The notes under the pieces were generated by a model that was not told where the DNA came from, made no database searches, and worked only from the letters and a program-made list of their open reading frames with translations. Made by a program: the position numbers and the translations under genes. A stretch of 64,000 nt of DNA from Pseudomonadota bacterium. Its GTDB lineage: Bacteria; Pseudomonadota; Alphaproteobacteria; SP197. The DNA is taken from NCBI GenBank assembly GCA_039028155.1, contig JBCCIS010000003.1, positions 25,904 through 89,903 of the forward strand, read 5' to 3'. Each line of letters begins with the position of its first letter. Position 1 is the stretch's first letter. This document shows positions 57,661 through 64,000 of this stretch, one piece after another.

Positions 57661-60600
57661 ATGGTGAGCAATTTCTTCATCGACAGGCCGATCTTCGCCT
57701 CCGTCATCGCGATTATCTTTGTCCTGGCAGGCTTGATCGCGATCCCGGTCCTGCCGGTGGGCGAGTTTCCGGAGGTCGTGCCGCCGACCGTCGTCGTCAA
57801 CGCCACCTACACCGGCGCCAGCGCCGACGTGGTCGAAGAGGCCGTGACCACGCCGCTGGAAGAGGTGATCAACGGCGTTGAGGGCATGGTCTACATGTCG
57901 TCGACCAGCTCCAACGACGGCACCTCCAACATCACGGTCACGTTCGAGGAAGGTTACGATCTCAACATCGCCAATATCGACGTCGACAAACGTGTATCGA
58001 CCGCGATGTCGAACCTGCCCGACCAGGTGGTGGCGCAAGGCGTGAACGTCACCAAAGAGGCGGTGGATCTGACCATCGTCGTCAACCTTATCTCGCCTAA
58101 CGGCACATTCGACAGTCTGTTCATGTCGAACTACGCCGACATCCACATCTACGAACGGCTGAAGCGGATTCCAGGCGTCGGCAAGGTTCAGGTGTGGGGG
58201 CAACGGCTTTACGCCATGCGCATCTGGCTCGACCCGCAGAAGCTTGCCAGCCTGGGCCTGACCGCCGGTGACGTCTTCGACGCCGTCACCGATCAGAACC
58301 AGCAGGTTGCCGCCGGTGCCATTGGTGAGCCACCGGCGCCATCGGACCAGAAGTTCGAGCTGATGCTGACGACACTGGGGCGACTGGAGACACCTGAGCA
58401 GTTCGAGAACATCATCCTTGGCACCGGTGACGACAACGCGATCATCCGCGTGAAAGACGTGGCGCGTGTGGAGCTGGGGGCAGAAGACTACACGTTCACC
58501 TCACATCTCGACGGTGGGCAGAGCGTCGGGCTTGCCATCTCGCAGCTGCCGGGCGCCAACGCCTTGGCGCTGGCGACGGGCGTACGTGCCCTGATGGCCG
58601 ACTTATCGAAGGACTTTCCGGAAGGCCTGGAGTACCGCGTCCTCTACGACACCACGGAGTTTGACCGCGAAGCGATCCACGATGTGATCGTCACACTGTG
58701 CGAGGCGATCTTTCTCGTCATCATCGTCGTTGTCATCTTTCTGCCCAGCCTGCGTTCCGCGCTGATTCCGCTGATCACCATCCCGGTGTGTCTTGTCGGC
58801 ACGTTCGGCATGATGTTGGCGCTCGGCTTCTCAATCAATCTGCTGACCCTGTTCGGCCTCGTGCTTGCCGTCGGGTTGGTGGTGGATGACGCGATCGTGG
58901 TGGTCGAGAACGTCTCACGGCACATCGAATTGGGCGAGAAGGACCCGAAGGTGGCGGCGCGGCGTGCCATGGCCGAAGTAACCGGCCCCATCATCGCGAC
59001 CTCGCTGGTCTTGATGGCGGTCTTCATTCCCGTCGCGTTGATACCAGGCTTGTCCGGCAAGCTCTATCAACAGTTCGCCTTGACCATTGCTGCGGCTGTC
59101 GCGATCTCGGCGATCAATGCGCTGACCCTGAGCCCGGCCTTGTGCAGCCTCCTCCTCGGTAGCGCCAAGCCGAAGCCCAAACTGATACAGCGCTTCGATG
59201 CCGGCTTTACCTGGTTCTCCAAACGCTACGAGACGGCCGTGGGTAAGCTGGTACGCCATCGCAAAATGGTGATGCTCGGTTTCATCGGGCTGCTCGCCGC
59301 GACCGTTTTCATGTTCACGATCGTCCCGGCCGGATTCATTCCCGACGAGGATCAGGGCTACTTCATCGTCAGCCTGCAGACGCCCGAAGGCACCTCGCTT
59401 GGAAAGACCCAGGAGGTCGTCAACCAAGGCTACGAAGTCCTGCACCGGATGCCCGGCATCGAGGGCGTGATCACCTTCGCCGGCTTCAATTCACTGACGA
59501 ACACGTCAGCGCCCAATATCGGCAACCTGTTTGTCGTGCTCAAACCCTGGAGCGACCGCAGCGACGCCAACGAGGACGTTGAGTCGCTGATCGCCCAAGC
59601 CCAGGCCAAGTTTGACGACATCCCCGGCGGCGTTTTTCAGACATACAACCCGCCACCGATCTTCGGTTTGTCACCGACCGGCGGCTTTCAGTTTGAACTG
59701 GAGGACACGACCGGCGGATCCATCGCCGACTTGGAGGATATCGCGACAAGCCTGATCGCGGCCGGCAACGCGCGCCCAGAGCTGGAAGGGCTGTTCAGCC
59801 AGTACTCGGCTACCACGCCACAGCTCTACATCGACCTCGATCGCGAAAAGGCCATGCTTGAAGGCGTGGCGATCAGCGATATCTTCGATGCGCTGCAGAC
59901 CTTCCTCGGTGGCGCCTATGTCAACGACTTCAACATCTTCGGGCGCGTCTATGAAGTCTATCTGCAGGCCGATGTCGACGCGCGGCAAACGCAGGAGAAC
60001 ATCGGGCAACTCTATGTGCGCAACGCGGCCGGCGAGATGGTCCCGCTCAGCGCCCTGGTGACCCTGCATCCGGATGTCGGCACGCGGACCATCTATCACT
60101 ACAACCTCTTCCGCGCGTTGGAGATAAGCGGCTCGCCGGCCGAGGGCTACAGTTCGAGCGAGGCAATCGACGCGATGGAGGAAGTCGCCGAGCAGAGCCT
60201 GCCGCGTGGCTACACCTACGAATGGACCGGCAACGCCTATCAGGAACTCCAGGCCGGCGACGTGGCGCCACTGATCTTCGCGCTGGCGGTGGTGTTCGCC
60301 TTCCTCTTCCTGGCCGCCCAGTACGAAAGCTGGATCATGCCGTTGATGGTGCTGCTGGCCGTGCCGCTTGCCATGTTCGGCGCCCTGGTGGCGCAGTATG
60401 TGCGCGGCTTCGACAACGATCTCTATGCGCAGATCGGCCTGGTGATGCTGATCGGTCTGGCCAGCAAGGGCGCGATCCTGATCATCGAGTTCGCGCGGCG
60501 CCGCCGCCAGGACGGTCTGGGTATCGAGGAGGCGGCGTTGGAGGCGGCCCGCATCCGCCTGCGGCCGCTCTTGATGACAGCCTTCGCGTTCATCATCGGC

Positions 60601-60762
60601 GTGCTGCCGCTGGTCCTCGCCAGCGGCGCCGGTGCCGCGGCCCGCCAGTCGCTGGGCACCGCGGTGTTCGGCGGCATGATTGTCGCGACCGTGCTTAGCC
60701 TCGTGCTGGTCCCGGTCCTTTATGTGGTGATCGAGCGGTTGCGCGAGAGGCGTTCAAGGTAA
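57661..60762 (+). CDS. RND family efflux pump permease (AcrB/HAE1-like)
   Basis: 1033 aa. MVSNFFIDRPIFASVIAIIFVLAGL start. Twelve TM helices with two large periplasmic loops. Confidence 0.9.
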   Translation: MVSNFFIDRPIFASVIAIIFVLAGLIAIPVLPVGEFPEVVPPTVVVNATYTGASADVVEEAVTTPLEEVINGVEGMVYMSSTSSNDGTSNITVTFEEGYDLNIANIDVDKRVSTAMSNLPDQVVAQGVNVTKEAVDLTIVVNLISPNGTFDSLFMSNYADIHIYERLKRIPGVGKVQVWGQRLYAMRIWLDPQKLASLGLTAGDVFDAVTDQNQQVAAGAIGEPPAPSDQKFELMLTTLGRLETPEQFENIILGTGDDNAIIRVKDVARVELGAEDYTFTSHLDGGQSVGLAISQLPGANALALATGVRALMADLSKDFPEGLEYRVLYDTTEFDREAIHDVIVTLCEAIFLVIIVVVIFLPSLRSALIPLITIPVCLVGTFGMMLALGFSINLLTLFGLVLAVGLVVDDAIVVVENVSRHIELGEKDPKVAARRAMAEVTGPIIATSLVLMAVFIPVALIPGLSGKLYQQFALTIAAAVAISAINALTLSPALCSLLLGSAKPKPKLIQRFDAGFTWFSKRYETAVGKLVRHRKMVMLGFIGLLAATVFMFTIVPAGFIPDEDQGYFIVSLQTPEGTSLGKTQEVVNQGYEVLHRMPGIEGVITFAGFNSLTNTSAPNIGNLFVVLKPWSDRSDANEDVESLIAQAQAKFDDIPGGVFQTYNPPPIFGLSPTGGFQFELEDTTGGSIADLEDIATSLIAAGNARPELEGLFSQYSATTPQLYIDLDREKAMLEGVAISDIFDALQTFLGGAYVNDFNIFGRVYEVYLQADVDARQTQENIGQLYVRNAAGEMVPLSALVTLHPDVGTRTIYHYNLFRALEISGSPAEGYSSSEAIDAMEEVAEQSLPRGYTYEWTGNAYQELQAGDVAPLIFALAVVFAFLFLAAQYESWIMPLMVLLAVPLAMFGALVAQYVRGFDNDLYAQIGLVMLIGLASKGAILIIEFARRRRQDGLGIEEAALEAARIRLRPLLMTAFAFIIGVLPLVLASGAGAAARQSLGTAVFGGMIVATVLSLVLVPVLYVVIERLRERRSR

Positions 60763-60875
60763 CCGGTTCTTCAATGGCGCGACATGTCGTGCTCGCCTCG
60801 TGCGGACTCGCGCCGAGGCGGGTGTCAGCCTCTCAACATCGCGCTACCATGACCGACAACAGCGGGGGATGAACC

Positions 60876-62180
60876 ATGGCCGACCTCTTTGCCGACGGTT
60901 TCAAGGAAACGCCCTACTGGTGGGACTTGGCGCCGCACGACGAGACCGACGAACAGATGCCACCGGCCGAGGCCGACGTGGTTATCATCGGCTCCGGCAA
61001 TGTCGGGCTCTCCTGCGCGCTTTCCCTGGCGCGATTAGGCAGAAAGGCGGTCGTGCTGGACGCCGAGGCGGTCGGCCATGGCGCCAGCACGCGCAATGCC
61101 GGCTATCTGGGGCGCGGCCTCGCCTTCAAGTACAGCGATCTTGCCGCCAAGCTCGGTCGCGATGCGGCGGCGGAACTCGCCACCATGGCGGTCACCGCTC
61201 ACGACTATGCCGCCGGCCTGATCCGCGACGAGCAGATCACCTGCTACTACCGCGACAGCGGCCGGTTTCTGGCGGCGCCCTCCAAGCGCTTCTACGACAA
61301 GCTCGCCAAAGACCTCGACATGATGCGCGCCGACGGCGTTCCCATCGACGCGGAGATGATCCCGCCCGAGCGCCAGCATGAGGAGATCGCCAGCGACATC
61401 TATCACGGCGGCCAGATCCTGCGCGGCAACGGCATCATCCATCCGGGCCTCTATCATCGCGGCCTGGTCGAGCGGGTCCGCGCCCAGGGCGCCGATGTCA
61501 TCGGCTACTGTCCAGCGACGTCGGTCGACCGATCAGGTGGCGGGTTCTCGGTCGCCACGCCCAGGGGGACCATTCGGGCGCGCGATGTCGTCGTGGCGAC
61601 CAACGGTTACACGCCTAAGGCGCTGCCCTGGCATCGCCGTCGCGTCGTGCCGATCTCCGCCTTCATGGTCGCCACCGAGGCGATCACGCCCGAGCTCATG
61701 GCGACGATTCTGCCTCGGGGTCGGCCGCTCCTGGAGATCTGCAACACGCCGATTTGGATCCGGCCGAACGAAGACGGCACCCGTATCCTCTTCGGCGGCA
61801 CGACGGGCGAGGAGCTCGGCAATCTGCATGACAAGGCGCGCCGCCTCTATCAGGAGATGACACGCGTCGTGCCGGCGCTCGACGGCGTCAAGCTCACACA
61901 CTGCTGGACGGGAAAGGTCGCCTTCAGCTTCGACATGCTGCCGCACACCGGCACCCATGACGGCATCCACTACGCGCTCGGCTGGTGCGCGGTGGGCGTG
62001 CCGCTGGGCACCTATCTGGGCCACCAGACGGCGCTGCGCATCGCGGGCGACCCCGCCTCGGCCACACCCCTGGACGATCGGCCGTTCCCGACCCGCCCCT
62101 TCTATTACGGCACGCCGTGGTTCCTGCCGCTCGTCGTTGGTTGGCGCAAATGGCAGGACCGCAGGATGCTGCGCGAGTAG
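60876..62180 (+). CDS. FAD-dependent oxidoreductase, PuuB/OrdL family (paralog of 20269..21540)
   Basis: PYWWD motif, VVIIGSGNVGLSCAL, HCWTGKVAFSFDMLPHTG. Collinear with the earlier paralog. Confidence 0.75.
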   Translation: MADLFADGFKETPYWWDLAPHDETDEQMPPAEADVVIIGSGNVGLSCALSLARLGRKAVVLDAEAVGHGASTRNAGYLGRGLAFKYSDLAAKLGRDAAAELATMAVTAHDYAAGLIRDEQITCYYRDSGRFLAAPSKRFYDKLAKDLDMMRADGVPIDAEMIPPERQHEEIASDIYHGGQILRGNGIIHPGLYHRGLVERVRAQGADVIGYCPATSVDRSGGGFSVATPRGTIRARDVVVATNGYTPKALPWHRRRVVPISAFMVATEAITPELMATILPRGRPLLEICNTPIWIRPNEDGTRILFGGTTGEELGNLHDKARRLYQEMTRVVPALDGVKLTHCWTGKVAFSFDMLPHTGTHDGIHYALGWCAVGVPLGTYLGHQTALRIAGDPASATPLDDRPFPTRPFYYGTPWFLPLVVGWRKWQDRRMLRE

Positions 62181-62456
62181 GGTCAGTCTCAGGCGACCAG
62201 AGCGGATCGCGATTAATCAGAGCCGCTGCAGAGCCACAGCGAAGTCGCCGGAGATCGGCAAGGGATCGCTGAGATCGATTTCGTCGCCGAAATCTCCGCT
62301 CGTACCGAGTTGGCACGCCACGCTGCCGATATCCGTGAGGATGTCGCCGTCTTGGGATGTGGATTCCACATCGATGACAAGAACACCGCCCTCCGGTTCA
62401 TCCTTGCGGTAGAGGCTCTCCGTCGCATCGCCGCAACAGGCTCGCTTCGGCGCCTC

Positions 62457-63128
62457 TCAACTGGCCCCCGTGCCCCTGCCAAAGGTGTTTGTTTCGAACC
62501 AACGTGACCAAGCCTGCCACGCATCGACGAGATCGGCCATGATGGCGTAGCCGGATCCGTCGCAGTGCATCCGATCGCCTCGCGTCAGGCTCTCCCTATA
62601 GCGGCGGTCGGCCAGAAGCGGCGTTTGAATGTCGAGATAGGGCACGCCGAGCTTGGCGGCCAACGCCATGAAACGCTGATTGAGCGCGACGGCGGTTTCC
62701 TGCTTGAAATCGAGCTCCAGACCTTCGCTGGGGCGCATCGGCGAACACGCCACGTTTGCCGGCGGAAGACCGACCCACAGGACCGGCGCCAAGTCACGGG
62801 CCTCGCCGACAATCGCTTCGGCGTTCGCGACGGAGGCATCCTCCGCGACGCGGCGGCCAACACCCCTCACCTCCGCGACGTCGTTGATGCCGAACTGGAG
62901 CACGATACGGTTGTCGGCGCCCTCGGAGAAACGCGCCAGGCATTCATCTTTCCAGCGATCGCGGATCTCATCGGTGGTTTGGCCCCGGATGCCGAGATCA
63001 TAGAAGGTCAGGCGATAGGCACCCGAGAACCGCCGCTCGCACAAACGTCCGATCCAGCCCAGCCCCGCTTCGTCGCCGGAGCCGTTGATGTAACTGTCGC
63101 CCACGAAGCAGATGCGCAAGTCACGCAT
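62457..63128 (-). CDS. SGNH/GDSL hydrolase family protein
   Basis: Block I ICFVGDSYINGSGD (catalytic Ser in GDS), block III GINDV, and a C-terminal DxxH-like region. RBS GGGAGGGG before the internal ATG. Confidence 0.7.
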   Translation of the reverse strand: MRDLRICFVGDSYINGSGDEAGLGWIGRLCERRFSGAYRLTFYDLGIRGQTTDEIRDRWKDECLARFSEGADNRIVLQFGINDVAEVRGVGRRVAEDASVANAEAIVGEARDLAPVLWVGLPPANVACSPMRPSEGLELDFKQETAVALNQRFMALAAKLGVPYLDIQTPLLADRRYRESLTRGDRMHCDGSGYAIMADLVDAWQAWSRWFETNTFGRGTGAS

Positions 63129-63303
63129 GACATTCCCCTCCCGGCCAACGCGGTAGAGCATAGGATGACGCGATGCCACGCGCCAACCCGATCAGTCCGG
63201 CCCGTACGCATCATCGCCAGCCCCGTTCCGCGGCCGGTAGGCAGGGCCGTGGCGTTCACTTATCATTATCGGTGTCTTGCGCGCTTGTTGGAGGGGAGTT
63301 GCG

Positions 63304-63858
63304 ATGCATTTGGCGCGACGCTGCGTATGGTTGGCGGTCTTTACGATGTTTCTGGGATCACAGGCTGAGGCCGGGGAGATCGTTCGTGACCCCGCGTTAA
63401 TCTCTTCGATGCCGATCAGGGGCGTCACACTGGACATGACACCAAGAGAGGCCTTCGAGCACCTGATCGCCATGGGTTACAACGCCGGCAATGTCGCGAC
63501 CTATGACGACTGGGATACCGGCGGATTGAACCTGGTGCTCGGCGACTTCGGCGCGCCGGAAGGCCGGTCGGAGATTTCCTTGTCGCGCACGGCCGCCGGT
63601 GAGCGCCTGGTCAACATATCTGAGACGCTCAACGTGCCGCCGGGTCAGATCGACTCGCATGCGGAGATCAATGCCATCCGGGCTCATTTCGGTATCGCGC
63701 CCGACGATCCGAACTGCCACGTCAACGAACACGACACCGGCGCCTGCCGCGTCGGCGACGCTGCGGAGAATGCGAACCATGCCTTTGGCATCAACGCGTT
63801 TCCGACGATGATTCTGCGCTACGCCACGCGCAACCATGAAATGAAGGACTCTTACTGA
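63304..63858 (+). CDS. Secreted hypothetical protein
   Basis: RBS GGAGGGGAG before the ATG. Signal peptide MHLARRCVWLAVFTMFLGSQAEA. No recognisable family motifs. Confidence 0.5.
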   Translation: MHLARRCVWLAVFTMFLGSQAEAGEIVRDPALISSMPIRGVTLDMTPREAFEHLIAMGYNAGNVATYDDWDTGGLNLVLGDFGAPEGRSEISLSRTAAGERLVNISETLNVPPGQIDSHAEINAIRAHFGIAPDDPNCHVNEHDTGACRVGDAAENANHAFGINAFPTMILRYATRNHEMKDSY

Positions 63859-64000
63859 TCTCCAATGATCCGCGTGCTTGCCGGAGAAGCCCTCGTCATC
63901 AACCGATGAACGGCACCGAAGTAGCGCGGCGGACCGAACGCGAAGCCAGAGACTGACTATGTTCACCTCAGACTACATCACCTCACACCCCTCCGTTCCT

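Noticed and set aside
62213-62524. 103-aa minus-strand ORF and an acidic alternative frame (DGDILTDIGSVACQLGTSGDFGDEIDLSDPL)
   Set aside because: The acidic frame has no in-frame start codon before an upstream stop. The 103-aa frame is Arg/Ser-rich, with no motifs and no RBS.
1-64000. tRNA, rRNA and CRISPR features
   Set aside because: No T-loop/anticodon-arm-like cloverleaf candidates, rRNA signatures or regularly spaced direct repeats were seen on visual scanning of intergenic regions.

Overview
This window is a GC-rich (~65% GC) bacterial chromosomal segment; the gene content looks alphaproteobacterial, but that is inference only. It is densely coding (about 70 supported genes) and contains no rRNA, tRNA or CRISPR arrays.

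Positions 1-25 kb hold metabolic and transport genes. These include a trimethylamine/dimethylamine-dehydrogenase-family flavoprotein, an SMP-30 lactonase, a YbaK deacylase, an O-methyltransferase and a Dpp/Opp-type ABC uptake operon (substrate-binding protein plus two permeases, no ATPase genes). They are followed by a GST, a MetE-like protein, a glycerophosphodiester phosphodiesterase, an acyl-CoA dehydrogenase and an unusual TetR(BetI-like)::Rieske-oxygenase fusion gene. Further downstream are a Tat-exported PotF-like binding protein, two paralogous PuuB/OrdL-like FAD oxidases, an SDR and an NDP-forming acyl-CoA synthetase. Together these suggest an amine/quaternary-amine catabolic neighbourhood.

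Positions 26-28.3 kb hold an ArsR-SRPBCC operon flanked on both sides by duplicated, translationally coupled pairs of tiny membrane-protein genes.

Positions 28.8-49.5 kb form a large MSHA/T2SS-like type IV pilus cluster. It encodes a prepilin peptidase, a lipoprotein secretin, two prepilins, a TPR MshN-like protein, an ExeA/MshM ATPase, PilT, a PilM/N fusion, PilO-like and PilP-like proteins, a PilC platform protein, an MshE-type ATPase and a sigma54 PilR-like regulator. Non-canonical passengers are embedded in this cluster: an ABC-2 permease, a periplasmic protein and a membrane-integrated AraC regulator forming a coupled three-gene unit; a separate ABC ATPase; and an AT-rich (~42% GC) island downstream of the second pilin, bounded by a duplicated copy of the pilin 3' end.

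Positions 49.5-64 kb hold an ECF sigma/anti-sigma unit, a DEDDh exonuclease, MarC, RsgA, an MFS efflux pump, EttA, an RND efflux pair (membrane fusion protein plus AcrB-like pump), a second PuuB-like oxidase and an SGNH hydrolase.

Other recurring structures were noted. A small TIR-bounded palindromic (MITE/REP-like) element sits next to a degenerate duplicate of the phosphodiesterase 3' end. A 13-mer motif (CTAGAGCAGATTG-like) recurs in hairpins in four intergenic regions. A perfect 23-bp GC hairpin lies inside the pilus cluster. Paired 6-4-6 palindromes with an ATAGAAAT core lie in one divergent promoter region.

Coordinates for features absent from the ORF track were counted by hand and may be off by 1-2 bp.
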